Below, one piece after another: positions 18,578-29,005 of a stretch of 64,000 nt of DNA; within the stretch, counting starts at the first letter, position 1; each line of letters begins with the position of its first letter. A model generated the notes under the pieces. That model saw nothing but the letters and a program-made list of their open reading frames with translations, had not been told where the DNA came from and made no database searches. The position numbers were made by a program, and so were the translations under genes. The stretch comes from Candidatus Micrarchaeota archaeon (lineage in GTDB: Archaea > Micrarchaeota > Micrarchaeia > Anstonellales > Anstonellaceae). The stretch spans positions 11,134 to 75,133 of the forward strand of contig JAGVWK010000001.1 in assembly GCA_018304295.1 (NCBI GenBank). Direction: 5' to 3'.

Positions 18578-21500
18578 ATGGAAAACGGGGCGTTGGGCGG
18601 GTATTTTGAGCAGCTCAAAAAAGAAAGCGAGCGCGCATATAAGATAGCCGAGGCTGCGCGCGGGAAAATGCTTGACCCCCAGCCGTTCGTGGAGATAATA
18701 CCAACAAAGGACGTTGCCGAGCGGGTGGAGGGAATTGTGGGGCCAAAGGGGATAGGCGCGCTCATAAAAAAGCTTGAAAGCGAGGGCAAGGCGCGCGACA
18801 TAGTTGCAAACGAGATAGTGAAAAAAATAATCACGCGTGAATTTGACTGCAAAATAGAGGATAGGGCAAAGCTCATTGAACAGGCCGTGCGCACCGGGGT
18901 GGGGATAGTAACAGAGGGCGTGCTTGTGGCGCCCACCGAAGGCATAGAAAAGGTTGAGATAAACCAGAACCCAGACGGCAGCGACTACGTATCAATATTT
19001 TTCGCAGGGCCCATACGCTCCGCAGGGGGCACTGTGGCTGCGCTTGCGGTGGTGTTTGCGGACGTTGCGCGCGTGCATTTTGGCATAGGCAACTACCGCC
19101 CCACCGACACCGAATGCGAGAGGTACCTTGAGGAGATAATACTTTACGACGCAAGGAAGGCGAGGCTGCAATACAAGCCCACCGACACCGAGGTAAAATA
19201 CCTTGTAAAGAACTGCCCCGTGTGCGTGGACGGCGCGCCAACAGAAGAGTTTGAGGTGTCCGCGTATAGGGATTTGCCGCGCATAAAGAGCAATTTCGTT
19301 AGGGGCGGGATAGGGCTTGTGCTGTGCGAGGGCATTGCACAAAAGGCAGCAAAAGTGCTCAAATACACGAAAAAAATATCCCTTGACTGGACGTGGCTTG
19401 AGCCGCTTGTAAAGGTGGGCAAAAAAGAGGGGGCGGGCGGCTTTGAGCTTAAGCCAAACGACAAATACCTTGACGACATTGTGGCAGGCAGGCCGATTTT
19501 TTCGTATCCAATGAGGCCGGGCGGCTTTAGGCTGCGATATGGAAGGTGCCGCAACAGCGGCATAATGGGAAAGGGGGTGCACCCTGCAACAATGCACATA
19601 TTGGACGATTTTCTTGCAATAGGGACGCAGATGAAAGTTGAGCGGCCGGGAAAAGGCTGCGTTGTCGCCCCGTGCACAAGCATACTTGGGCCGGTTGTGA
19701 AGCTTAAGGACGGCTCTGTTGTGGATGTGCAAAGCTCATCCCTTGCGCAGCAGCTTGCCCCGCAGGTGGAGGAGATACTTTTCATTGGGGATTTGCTTGT
19801 TTCTTACGGGGATTTTTCAAAGGCAAACCACCCGCTCGTGCCGGGCGCATGGTGCGAGGAGTGGTTTGAAAAAATCGCAAAAAGCAAGGGGCTTGTGCCC
19901 AAAAAGGGCATGAGCGCCGGGGAGGCAATAAAATTCTCCCGAAGCAGCGGCATTCCCCTGCACCCCAGATACACTTTCTTCTGGCACGACATAAAGGCGG
20001 CACAGCTGCGCGAACTTGCGCAGTGGATGTGCAACGCAAAATTGCACGCTGGCATACTGAAGCTGGATTATGCAACTGTTGAGCATTCGCCCGCAAAAAG
20101 GGTGCTTGAGCTTTTGTGCGTGCCGCACGGGATAGAAAAGGGCAACATAAGGATAGAGGGGGAGGCCGCGTTTGCGCTGTTGAAGTGCATAGGGATACTT
20201 GTTGATGCGCGCCTCACAATGGAAAAATTTGATGCGGTTTTTGACGCGCAAAAAAGCACGCTTGAGAATTTGAGGGCATTAAGCGGAATTGAAGTAATGC
20301 CAAAGGCGCCAACCTACGTTGGAAGCAGGATGGCAAGGCCTGAGAAAGCAAAGGAAAGGGCAATGAAACCGCCCGTGCACTCGCTTTTCCCGGTCGGGAT
20401 GGCTGAAAAAAACAGGAGCATAACAAGGCTTTATGGAAAAATGAAGGGCCAGCAAAAAAGCGAGGGAAGCGGCATTGAGGTGGAAATTTCAAGGATGAGG
20501 TGCCGCTCATGCAGCAAGATAATATTTTCAAGCAAGTGCGGCTGCGGGGGGATTGCGCAACAGGCTCATTATTGCTTCCGCTGCGCAAAAGAGGTGAATT
20601 TTGAAACATGCCCCTCGTGCAAGGGCGCAGCAAAGCAGTTTGACAAGCGCAGCATTGATTTGGTTGGCGCGTTTGACGAGGCAAGAACAAAGTGCGGCGC
20701 GGATTTTTTGGCGGTTGAGGTAAAGGGGGTGAGGGGGCTCACAAGCGTTTCAAAGATGCCTGAGAACCTGCAAAAAGGGATTTTGCGCGCAAAGCACGGC
20801 ATTACTATGTTCCGCGACGGCACGTGCCGCTTTGATTCCACAAACATGCCCCTGACTCATTTTAGGCCAAGGGAGATAGGCGTTGGGGTGGAAAAGCTGC
20901 GCCATCTTGGGTATTTGGCGGACGTTTTCGGGAAGCCCCTTGAAAAGGATGAGCAGGTGCTGGAGCTTAAATGCCAAGACGTATTGATTGCGCAAAGGGG
21001 CGCGGAATTTTTCCTTAAAGTCGGCGCGTTTGTTGATGAGCTTCTTGTGTGCACGTACGGGCTAAGGCCGTATTACAATTTCAAAACAAAAGACGATTTG
21101 GTTGGGCAGGCGGTGATAGGGCTTTCCCCGCACACTTCCGCAGGCGTGCTCTCGCGCATTATAGGCTTCACAAAGGCGCGCGTGGGATATGCGCACCCGT
21201 ATTTCCATTGCGCAAAAAGGAGGAACACCGACGGAGACGAGGATTCGCTCATACTCATGATGGATGCGTTGCTGAATTTTTCAAAAAAATACCTTCCCGC
21301 GGGCAACGGCGGCACAATGGACGCGCCCCTTGTGCTCACATTGCAAATAGACCCTTCGGAAATAGACGACGAGGCGCACGTGATGGAGATATGCGACTCC
21401 TACGGGCTGGAGTTCTACGAGGCTGCAAGCAGGTATGCAAGCACTTCGGAAGTGAAAATAAAAAGGGTAAAGGACGTGCTTGGCACCGGCGCGCAGTATT

Positions 21501-21973
21501 CGGGAATGATGTTCACGCACGATACTGACGACATAAACGAGGGGCCGCCGATAACCGCATACGTGCAGTTCACGGACATGGGGGAAAAGGTGGCTGCGCA
21601 GCTTGAGCTTGAAAACGCGCTTCGGTGCGTGGATGCAAAGGACGTTGCGGAAAGGATACTTCTCTCGCACTTTTTGCCGGACTTGTACGGGAACCTGCGC
21701 TCATTTTCGCGCCAGGTATTCCGCTGCGTGGGGTGCAATGCAAAATACCGCCGCGTGCCCCTTGTGGGCAAATGCACAAAATGCGGGGGCAAGCTGCTTC
21801 TCACGATAAACAAGGGCGGCATAAAAAAATACCTTGAAATGTCAATGGGGCTTGTTGAGAAATACTCGCTGCCTGACTACCTCCGCCAGAGGCTGCTGCT
21901 GCTGCAAAAGGACATAGACTCGGTTTTTGAGGACGAGCAGCAGAAGCAGGTGGGCTTGGGCGACTTCATGTAG
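18578..21973 (+). CDS. polC: DNA polymerase D large subunit DP2
   Basis: GPIRSAGGT, GGFRLRYGR, AKRRNTDGDED, Zn fingers and a C-terminal PIP box QVGLGDFM. Confidence 0.97.
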   Translation: MENGALGGYFEQLKKESERAYKIAEAARGKMLDPQPFVEIIPTKDVAERVEGIVGPKGIGALIKKLESEGKARDIVANEIVKKIITREFDCKIEDRAKLIEQAVRTGVGIVTEGVLVAPTEGIEKVEINQNPDGSDYVSIFFAGPIRSAGGTVAALAVVFADVARVHFGIGNYRPTDTECERYLEEIILYDARKARLQYKPTDTEVKYLVKNCPVCVDGAPTEEFEVSAYRDLPRIKSNFVRGGIGLVLCEGIAQKAAKVLKYTKKISLDWTWLEPLVKVGKKEGAGGFELKPNDKYLDDIVAGRPIFSYPMRPGGFRLRYGRCRNSGIMGKGVHPATMHILDDFLAIGTQMKVERPGKGCVVAPCTSILGPVVKLKDGSVVDVQSSSLAQQLAPQVEEILFIGDLLVSYGDFSKANHPLVPGAWCEEWFEKIAKSKGLVPKKGMSAGEAIKFSRSSGIPLHPRYTFFWHDIKAAQLRELAQWMCNAKLHAGILKLDYATVEHSPAKRVLELLCVPHGIEKGNIRIEGEAAFALLKCIGILVDARLTMEKFDAVFDAQKSTLENLRALSGIEVMPKAPTYVGSRMARPEKAKERAMKPPVHSLFPVGMAEKNRSITRLYGKMKGQQKSEGSGIEVEISRMRCRSCSKIIFSSKCGCGGIAQQAHYCFRCAKEVNFETCPSCKGAAKQFDKRSIDLVGAFDEARTKCGADFLAVEVKGVRGLTSVSKMPENLQKGILRAKHGITMFRDGTCRFDSTNMPLTHFRPREIGVGVEKLRHLGYLADVFGKPLEKDEQVLELKCQDVLIAQRGAEFFLKVGAFVDELLVCTYGLRPYYNFKTKDDLVGQAVIGLSPHTSAGVLSRIIGFTKARVGYAHPYFHCAKRRNTDGDEDSLILMMDALLNFSKKYLPAGNGGTMDAPLVLTLQIDPSEIDDEAHVMEICDSYGLEFYEAASRYASTSEVKIKRVKDVLGTGAQYSGMMFTHDTDDINEGPPITAYVQFTDMGEKVAAQLELENALRCVDAKDVAERILLSHFLPDLYGNLRSFSRQVFRCVGCNAKYRRVPLVGKCTKCGGKLLLTINKGGIKKYLEMSMGLVEKYSLPDYLRQRLLLLQKDIDSVFEDEQQKQVGLGDFM

Positions 21974-22026
21974 GGGAATAGGCGTATTTTTAAACATGTC
22001 GTTTCAATACATAAATGATAGGTGAT

Positions 22027-22317
22027 ATGATGGCTACTTTAAACAACTACCGCCTTGATGGCTATAGCAATTTTGTGCTGGAATTCGTTTACAAAAATGA
22101 CCTTGCAACTACAAAAAGCGATGCGCTGCGCATGGCAATAAGGAGATTTGCGGAATTCATAGGTGCTCCGAACGAAAACGAATATCTCCTAAAGGTTGCA
22201 GAGGAAAAAAAGGCGGCTGAGCTTGAAAGGGAATACAAGTTGGGCAAAGTGAAAACCATCCCGCTAAAGGAATTCCGCAAGGCGCATCCCGAATTCCAAA
22301 AATATGCGAAGGAATAA
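22027..22317 (+). CDS. Putative antitoxin (RHH-like)
   Basis: TKSDALRMAIR helix. Has a GGTGA RBS and abuts the toxin. Confidence 0.65.
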   Translation: MMATLNNYRLDGYSNFVLEFVYKNDLATTKSDALRMAIRRFAEFIGAPNENEYLLKVAEEKKAAELEREYKLGKVKTIPLKEFRKAHPEFQKYAKE

Positions 22318-22599
22318 ATGGCGATGTTTATGTGGGAACTCAAAGTAGCGGAAGAGTGGGAATACTGGTATTCCAAGCTTGATGGGAGCCTGCTGAGGAT
22401 TGTTGAGAAACGGATTTGCAGGCTGGAACAGGAGGGGCACTCCTACGAGCATCTTGGAAGCGGGCTGCAGTTTTTCAAAGACCAGTTCAACGGGCAGTAT
22501 AGAATATGCTTCCGTGAAGAGCAGAAGAGCAAAACAAGAATATTGCATTTTGTGGGCGACCACAAAAATTACGAGCACTGGCTTGGAATGCGCGGTTAA
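22318..22599 (+). CDS. RelE/ParE-family toxin
   Basis: 93 aa with RICRLE..G, YRICF and HFVGDHK motifs. Confidence 0.75.
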   Translation: MAMFMWELKVAEEWEYWYSKLDGSLLRIVEKRICRLEQEGHSYEHLGSGLQFFKDQFNGQYRICFREEQKSKTRILHFVGDHKNYEHWLGMRG

Positions 22600-22771
22600 G
22601 TGAACGGCCACGGGCTGAAAGCCTCTGTGGCTTCCGTTACGATGAGGCAAGTGCTTCAGGCGGCAAGCGTTTTGCCCAAGCAAAGCGGCGGGCAAGGCGC
22701 AACGCAGGATGGAAAAAAGGCGGTGCGCGTGGATTGCAAAATATTAAGAATATTGCATTCAAGAACGCACC

Positions 22772-23749
22772 ATGAAGGCGTTATTGCTTGACGGCTGCGG
22801 GTTTTCCAATGAAACGGCGGCAAAGCTTGCAAAAAAAAGGGTGTGGGCGGATTTTGGGGCTCACGAGGCGGATTTGCTTTCGGCTTTTGGGATTTCGGCG
22901 GAAGAGAGGCGCAAGAACGAGCAAAGGCAGTATCCCCGCTACATTGAGCATGAAAAGTTCACCTCAATTGTTTTCTTTGAGGCGCAGCCCCATTCGGAAA
23001 AGAGGAGGAGGCTGCATATTTACCTTGGGAAGGGCTTTGTGGCGACTGTCGGGTGCGAAAGCGAAATGGATGGGTTTTACCAGAATTACGTGAAAGAAAA
23101 GGGCATAAGCAGGCCTTCCTTTGAGGATGTTGTTTTCTACGTGCTTTCAAGCGCGGCGTACAAGAACAGCGAGATAATACAGACTTTTGAGGATGGCACA
23201 AACAGGCTGGAGGATGAGGCGCACCGGGAGCAGGGAAGCAAAAACCTCGGGGCGATTTTCTCCCTTAAGAGAAAGCTCGTGCGCTTCAACAAGTTTTTCT
23301 GGAGGCAGCGCGAGCTTGTTTTTGAGCTCAAAAGCAATCAGGTAGCATTCTTCCAGCCGGATGCGGTTATGAAAAGCAAACTGGACGAGCTTTTCAATTC
23401 CATCCTCTTTGACATAAATTCCATTGAAACTTTGCGCGAAATACTTTCGGACACGCTGGATTTGCACCATACGCTGATTTCAAACCGCATAAACAACTCC
23501 ATAAAGCGCCTTACGGTGATAACCGTCGTGCTTGCAATTGTTGCAACCGTGTCAGTGATACCAAACACGCTTGCAACAATATTCGGCATACCTTATTTCC
23601 CATGGAAAGCGGACGTGCCGGTGCTTGCATTCAACGGCGTTGACATTTACCCATGGGAGGCGATAATTTCGCTCATAGCCTTCTTTTCAATTGCTCCGGC
23701 AGTAATATTATTTTACTGGTGGAAAGGATATAGCAGAAACGAGCAGTAA
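22772..23749 (+). CDS. CorA-family divalent cation transporter (non-canonical motif)
   Basis: Long helical cytoplasmic domain, NRINNSIKRLTVIT and two C-terminal TMs. GMN is replaced by GIP. Confidence 0.8.
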   Translation: MKALLLDGCGFSNETAAKLAKKRVWADFGAHEADLLSAFGISAEERRKNEQRQYPRYIEHEKFTSIVFFEAQPHSEKRRRLHIYLGKGFVATVGCESEMDGFYQNYVKEKGISRPSFEDVVFYVLSSAAYKNSEIIQTFEDGTNRLEDEAHREQGSKNLGAIFSLKRKLVRFNKFFWRQRELVFELKSNQVAFFQPDAVMKSKLDELFNSILFDINSIETLREILSDTLDLHHTLISNRINNSIKRLTVITVVLAIVATVSVIPNTLATIFGIPYFPWKADVPVLAFNGVDIYPWEAIISLIAFFSIAPAVILFYWWKGYSRNEQ

Positions 23750-23793
23750 TGCAAGGGCTGCCTGCCATGCAAGGCGATTGCGGCGGTGTTTGG

Positions 23794-24315
23794 ATGTACA
23801 CAATGAAAATACCAGTAGAGCGCATAGCGGTGCTCATAGGGAAAAACGGGCAGATGAAGGAGTATATTGAGAAAAAACTCAAGGTGAAAATTGAAGTTGA
23901 CGATGAGGGGGAAGTGACGCTTGAGGGCGAAAGCGTGGACGAGTTTTTTGGCAAAGACGTGATAAAGGCGATTGGAAGGGGTTTTGAGCCTTCCGTTGCG
24001 CTAAGGCTGCTTGATGACAATTATCTTTTGCGCATTGTGGATTTGCGCGACTACGTGAACAGGGAGTCAATGGCAAGGGTGAAGGGAAGGATTATAGGTG
24101 AAAAGGGAAAAACAAGGGAGATAATTGAGCAGGATGCGGAATGCTTTTTGAGCGTGTATGGGCACACGGTTGGAGTGATTGCAACCCTTGAGACAATGGA
24201 AATTGCATTAAGTGCCATTTTTAAGCTTATTGAAGGATTAAACCATTCAACAGTTTATGCATACCTTGAGAAAAACAGGCGACATCTTAAGGGCGAGCGC
24301 ATGAAAAAGCAATGA
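23794..24315 (+). CDS. KH-domain rRNA-processing protein (Dim2/Pno1)
   Basis: RIAVLIGKNG, AIGRGF, KGRIIGEKG and HSTVYAYL motifs. Confidence 0.92.
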   Translation: MYTMKIPVERIAVLIGKNGQMKEYIEKKLKVKIEVDDEGEVTLEGESVDEFFGKDVIKAIGRGFEPSVALRLLDDNYLLRIVDLRDYVNRESMARVKGRIIGEKGKTREIIEQDAECFLSVYGHTVGVIATLETMEIALSAIFKLIEGLNHSTVYAYLEKNRRHLKGERMKKQ

Positions 24316-24324
24316 GGTAGTACA

Positions 24325-25956
24325 ATGCCTACGTCAACGGAAAAGATATTTAGCGAGTTTAAGGAGCATTCGGTAGCGGAATTTTTCAAAAAGAACAAGC
24401 AGATGCTCGGCTTTAGCGGCAAGACCCGCTCGCTCACAACAATAGTGCACGAATACGTTACCAATTCGCTGGATGCGTGCGAGGAAGCCGGAATGCTTGC
24501 GGACATAACCGTCAAAATAGACGAGATTGAAAAGGAAAAATACCGCGTTTCAATACAGGATAATGGGCCGGGCATTCCAAAAAAGCACATTGGAAAGGCG
24601 CTTGGGCAGATGCTTGCCGGCACAAAGTTCCACCGCTACATGCAGCAAAGGGGGCAGCAGGGCATAGGGGCTTCAGGCTGCACAATGTATGCGCAGATTA
24701 CAACCGGCAAGCCAATAAAGGCGGTTTCCTTTTATGACAAGAAGAAAATCTCATGCGAGGTTGCCGTGGACCTGAAGACAAATTCCCCGCGCGTGGAGAA
24801 CCTCATTGAGGAGGAGACGGACGGAAGCAAAAGCGGCATAATGGTGGAGGGGGAATTCGCGGACGTGAAATACGACAAAAGCTCCTTTGGGGTTTTTGAA
24901 TACATAAAAAGGACGGCAATGGCAAATCCCCACGCGCAATTCACTCTTGTGGAGCCTGATGGGCAAAGCGTAACATTCCCCCGCAGCATAGGGGAAGTGC
25001 CAAAAAAGGCGCATGCGGTGCTGCCCCACCCCCTTGGGATTGCAACAAACGATTTGCTTGATTTGGCGCACCGCGACGGCGAGAACTCAAAGATAGGCAC
25101 GTTTTTGCAAAACGGCTTTTCGCGCATAAGCGCCGCAAAGGTAAAGGAGCTCAAAGACATGCTCCCTGCGGTTGATTTTGAAAAGCCTCCAAAGGAGCTT
25201 GGCTGGGCGGATGCTGAGGCGCTCGTAAAGGCGTTCGCGCAGGTGAAATGGATTGCGCCCGAAACCGACTCTGTGATACCGATTGGCAGGGAGCAGATAG
25301 AAAAATCCCTTCAAAGCATACTTGCGCCGCAGTTTTTGGCGGTAACTGAGCGCCCCGTGAAAATATACAAGGGAGGGGTGCCTTTTGCTGTTGAGGTTGC
25401 GATTGCATATGGAGGGCATGCCGGCAGGCAGGTTGCAGAAAGGCACGCAGGAGACGTGATGCGCTTTGCAAACCGCGTCCCGCTTCTCTTTGACAGCTCA
25501 GGGTGCACAATAAGCGAGGCTGCAAAGGAAGTTGACTGGAAAAGGTATAACATAAAGAATTTTGAAGAGGAGCCGATAACGCTTTTCATAAACCTTGCAA
25601 GCGTATACGTCCCATACACAAGCGCTGGCAAGCAGGCAATCTCAAACGAGGAGGACGTGTTTGCGGAAATAAAATACGCGGTAATGGACGCGGCGCGCGA
25701 TTTGCAGAGGTATTTGTCGGGCATCACGCGCGAGCGCGACCGCAAGGAGAGGAGAAAGGCGATATTGCGCTATGTTGGGCAGTTCTCAAAGGACGTTGTG
25801 GATCTTGCGGGGGAAGGAAAGGCCGCAGAGCTTGAGAAAAAGCTCGTTAACCTCATTGAAACAAAATATTCCAGCCAGATAGAGGAGGATGAGGGCGAAA
25901 CTGGCGCGCCAAAGGAGAACGGGAATGCAAAGGAAGAGGAGGACATAGAAGAATAA
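24325..25956 (+). CDS. top6B: DNA topoisomerase VI subunit B
   Basis: EYVTNSLDA, DNGPGI, RGQQGIG and RFANRVPL motifs. Confidence 0.97.
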   Translation: MPTSTEKIFSEFKEHSVAEFFKKNKQMLGFSGKTRSLTTIVHEYVTNSLDACEEAGMLADITVKIDEIEKEKYRVSIQDNGPGIPKKHIGKALGQMLAGTKFHRYMQQRGQQGIGASGCTMYAQITTGKPIKAVSFYDKKKISCEVAVDLKTNSPRVENLIEEETDGSKSGIMVEGEFADVKYDKSSFGVFEYIKRTAMANPHAQFTLVEPDGQSVTFPRSIGEVPKKAHAVLPHPLGIATNDLLDLAHRDGENSKIGTFLQNGFSRISAAKVKELKDMLPAVDFEKPPKELGWADAEALVKAFAQVKWIAPETDSVIPIGREQIEKSLQSILAPQFLAVTERPVKIYKGGVPFAVEVAIAYGGHAGRQVAERHAGDVMRFANRVPLLFDSSGCTISEAAKEVDWKRYNIKNFEEEPITLFINLASVYVPYTSAGKQAISNEEDVFAEIKYAVMDAARDLQRYLSGITRERDRKERRKAILRYVGQFSKDVVDLAGEGKAAELEKKLVNLIETKYSSQIEEDEGETGAPKENGNAKEEEDIEE

Positions 25957-25973
25957 GGTGAAACTTGGATAAG

Positions 25974-26083
25974 GTCAACCACCCACGCCTAAAGGCGTGG
26001 GCTTGTGATGCAGACTGGGTTGGCGATAACTGCCACGCCTTTACCCACGCTTGAAAGCGTGAGGCTTGGGGCGTGGGTGGTTG
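25974..26083 (+). mobile_element. Non-autonomous IS200/IS605-like palindromic element
   Basis: Begins GTCAACCACCCACGCCTAAAGGCGTGGGCTTG. Second hairpin CCCACGCT-TGAA-AGCGTG. 14-bp terminal inverted repeat CAACCACCCACGCC/GGCGTGGGTGGTTG. Confidence 0.75.
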
Positions 26084-26143
26084 TGAAACTGGGATAAAGT
26101 AAAGCGTGGATAAAGTTAAACTGCTGGAAATCAGGGTGTAAAA

Positions 26144-27259
26144 ATGGCTAAGCGCAGCGTGAACTCATCAAAGGACGCATTTGCAAAGCTTGAGGGCTTG
26201 GGCAAAGGCATGATAAATGAGATTAATTCCGGTGAAACCCCTACTTTTTCAGCGTCGCTTCGCAGCAAGGGCAATGTTTTCTACGATGAAAGCGTGGGAT
26301 ACATACGCCTTGGGGACAAAATGGAAGAGCGCAGGTTCGTAAATGTAGGCCAAGCGCGAAAGTTCATGCAGACGGTTGCGATTGCAAACAAGTGCAAGAA
26401 GTTCCTCTCGGAAGGCGCGCACACTTCCATAAGAGGCCTGTTTTACCAGCTCAAATTCACCCTTGGAGAAGACCTTGACGAGGAGCTTTTTTCAGAGCAG
26501 TCCGAAAGCAACCCCCTTGTTGAGGACCTTGAGGTGTCCCTTGAGCTTAAGCGCGAGGATTTGAATCTGAATACGGACAGAAAAGGGGTCGTTGCAGGCC
26601 CCCTTGTGCTAAAGGACAAGTTCGGCGGGGATGAGACTGAGATAGACTGCACAAAGCAGGGAAGGAGCGGCTGGATGATTCCTTCCGACGTTGACAATGG
26701 AATGGATTTTGTTAGTGTTGACGCGGATTATGTGCTAGTAGTTGAAAAGGACGCTATGTGGCAGAGGCTTAACGAGGACAAATTCTGGAGAAAGGAGAAC
26801 TGCATTCTCATCACTCCAAAGGGGCAGTCCTCGCGCGGCTGCAGGCGGCTGATAAAGAGGCTTGCAAACAAGAAGCTGCCCGTATACGTATTCACAGACT
26901 GCGACGCATGGGGATGGTATATTTACTGGGCGATAAAGACAGGCAGCATGAACCTTGCATACCTTGCAAACGACATTGCAACGCCGGAGGCAAGATTTGT
27001 GGGCGTTACAATGCAGGACATAAAGGACTATGACTTTTTGGGCTCTCTCACAATACGCGCAAAGGACGTTGACATAAAGCGCGCGGAAGAGATGCTCGGG
27101 TATGAGTGGATTTCGCGCCACAAGGAATGGGTGGATGAGCTGAAAACAGTGCTTTCCACGAAAAAGAAAATTGAGCAGGACGCGCTGCAAGGGCCAAGGC
27201 TTTCTTTTGTAGGGGAATATTTGCGCGAGAAAATTTCCAAAAAGAAATTTTTGCCTTAA
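26144..27259 (+). CDS. top6A: DNA topoisomerase VI subunit A
   Basis: SIRGLFY (catalytic Tyr), VVEKDA, KGQ and FTDCDAWG TOPRIM motifs. Confidence 0.97.
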   Translation: MAKRSVNSSKDAFAKLEGLGKGMINEINSGETPTFSASLRSKGNVFYDESVGYIRLGDKMEERRFVNVGQARKFMQTVAIANKCKKFLSEGAHTSIRGLFYQLKFTLGEDLDEELFSEQSESNPLVEDLEVSLELKREDLNLNTDRKGVVAGPLVLKDKFGGDETEIDCTKQGRSGWMIPSDVDNGMDFVSVDADYVLVVEKDAMWQRLNEDKFWRKENCILITPKGQSSRGCRRLIKRLANKKLPVYVFTDCDAWGWYIYWAIKTGSMNLAYLANDIATPEARFVGVTMQDIKDYDFLGSLTIRAKDVDIKRAEEMLGYEWISRHKEWVDELKTVLSTKKKIEQDALQGPRLSFVGEYLREKISKKKFLP

Positions 27260-27276
27260 TTCTGAGGCGGCAATGA

Positions 27277-28905
27277 TTAATTGCCAGAAGGTTCTGGGCG
27301 GCTGGTGAATACGCCAAAGCCAAGTTCAATGGTTATCTGTTTTAATTCGCCCCACGAGTGCATTGACACGATGCCCAAGGCCGCTTTATTAAGCCTTTCA
27401 TTGACTTTTCTAAGCTGCATTTCCTCTGCCTTTGTGGATATTGCCTGCCCTTGTTTCATGCCTTGCGCCTTTTTGAGCTTAATTGCGTCCTCCAGCACTG
27501 CGGCGCATATGAGGTCTTCATAAAAATAGGACAGCAGCCTATTCGTGGAGGTGAAAAGTTCAAGGGCTTTTCCATGGGGCGCATTGAATCTTGTGTCAAT
27601 TTGCCCGGTGTAAAGGGAGCGGATGAAATCCTCTGCCCAAGGTTCAATCTGCGGCATAGGCTTATAGAAAAGGTCAGGGTCAGTGATGCCTGCTTTTTTG
27701 GCAATCTCTGCTGCGCGATTGTGGAAAAATTCCTCTTGCTCAAAATCAAGCCCCATGCGGACTTGTTTCAGCCAAACTTCAACTTGGTCGGAATGTTTTT
27801 CGATGAGATTGCGGGCTGAACGCCTTTCTTGCATGCTGTTTTGGTAATTTACTATATGATCCACCAGTATTATGTTGCATAAGGTTGTGAGTGCAAGAAA
27901 CTCTTTTCCCATGCGCGCAACTGGCTTGATTTTTATCTTGGGGTCGTTTATTTCGCCAGCCGCTATGCCGCGCTTTAGTATTGTTTCATCTCTTTCAGCC
28001 GCTTCGGCATTCTTTGGCTCAAGCTCTTTTATTTCAAGCACGGGGGTGCTTGCAAGGGCAGTGCTTATGTCGTTCGCGAAATATGCGGCTATCAGCGCAA
28101 TTTCAGGCTTTATGGACAGTCGTTCTCCGGATCCGCCATGCTTGCCTTGGGCTTCCTCTTGCCCTCGGGCTGCGTGCCCGCCTAAAATCATTGAGATTGA
28201 ACGCATTACTGTTTGGCGCACTGTAACGTAAAGCCCGTATGCCTCCGAGAATTTTTTCTCGCCGATTTCACGGATGAGGGGCGCGAAGTCCCACAATGCA
28301 AGCGCCACCCCGTCTTTGTCCCTTGGAGCGATTACGCGCCCTGCCAGCCAGCCGTCTCTTATGTGCTGCAGCGATATTTTTGGGCCACCATGAGCTTCAA
28401 GAGTGGATTGTATGCATTGTGCAGCACCGGTTTTCTGATCTTCGCTAAGATTGCCAAAAGCGGCAGTGCCAGTCAACGTAGCCAACGGAATTTGGCTGCC
28501 TGTTGGCATCCATTTATCTGCAGTGGCACGCAGCCCGTCCCACAATGCTGTTAAAAAATACGTGGAAAATGAGCCATCTTCCTGCCTGCTGAAAAGCACA
28601 GGGGCGGTTGAGGCATACCTGTTGCTTTGCACCAATACGCGTTCAACTTGTTCAATCGTTACGCCTGGAATGCCTTTTTTTTCAAAAAGCACTTCTTCAC
28701 CTTTGGTTAGGGAAGAAACAGTTTTGCGCGCAAATTCTTCGCCCAGCCGCACATAAACGAGCGCTCCTTCGGTCAAAACGGATGTTCCAAAAATGGTTCT
28801 CACAAGATAGCTTTTTTGTTCGTTGATAGGCTGGCTGCCATGCACCCTGTTCTGCGCTTTATTATGAGGTTGCTGGTGGCGGCGCTGAGGAGGTTGTGCG
28901 TTCAT
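27277..28905 (-). CDS. Hypothetical protein (possible DrmE-like region)
   Basis: Long ORF with a TATA box about 25 nt upstream of MNAQPP. No firm family. Confidence 0.7.
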   Translation of the reverse strand: MNAQPPQRRHQQPHNKAQNRVHGSQPINEQKSYLVRTIFGTSVLTEGALVYVRLGEEFARKTVSSLTKGEEVLFEKKGIPGVTIEQVERVLVQSNRYASTAPVLFSRQEDGSFSTYFLTALWDGLRATADKWMPTGSQIPLATLTGTAAFGNLSEDQKTGAAQCIQSTLEAHGGPKISLQHIRDGWLAGRVIAPRDKDGVALALWDFAPLIREIGEKKFSEAYGLYVTVRQTVMRSISMILGGHAARGQEEAQGKHGGSGERLSIKPEIALIAAYFANDISTALASTPVLEIKELEPKNAEAAERDETILKRGIAAGEINDPKIKIKPVARMGKEFLALTTLCNIILVDHIVNYQNSMQERRSARNLIEKHSDQVEVWLKQVRMGLDFEQEEFFHNRAAEIAKKAGITDPDLFYKPMPQIEPWAEDFIRSLYTGQIDTRFNAPHGKALELFTSTNRLLSYFYEDLICAAVLEDAIKLKKAQGMKQGQAISTKAEEMQLRKVNERLNKAALGIVSMHSWGELKQITIELGFGVFTSRPEPSGN

Positions 28906-29005
28906 GCAATGTTTATGCAAAAAAGAGTATATAATTGTTGTGGTAGTTGGTTAATTAGTGGCATAAAAACATAAGTTTTTATACTGTGGTTAATAAAAAA
29001 TATAT

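Noticed and set aside
18578-21973. Possible intein in PolD DP2
   Set aside because: The length (1131 aa) fits an intein-free protein, and no splicing or LAGLIDADG motifs were seen.
22600-22791. 63-aa ORF after the RelE toxin
   Set aside because: It has a weak GTG start, overlaps the corA promoter and start, and has no recognisable features.
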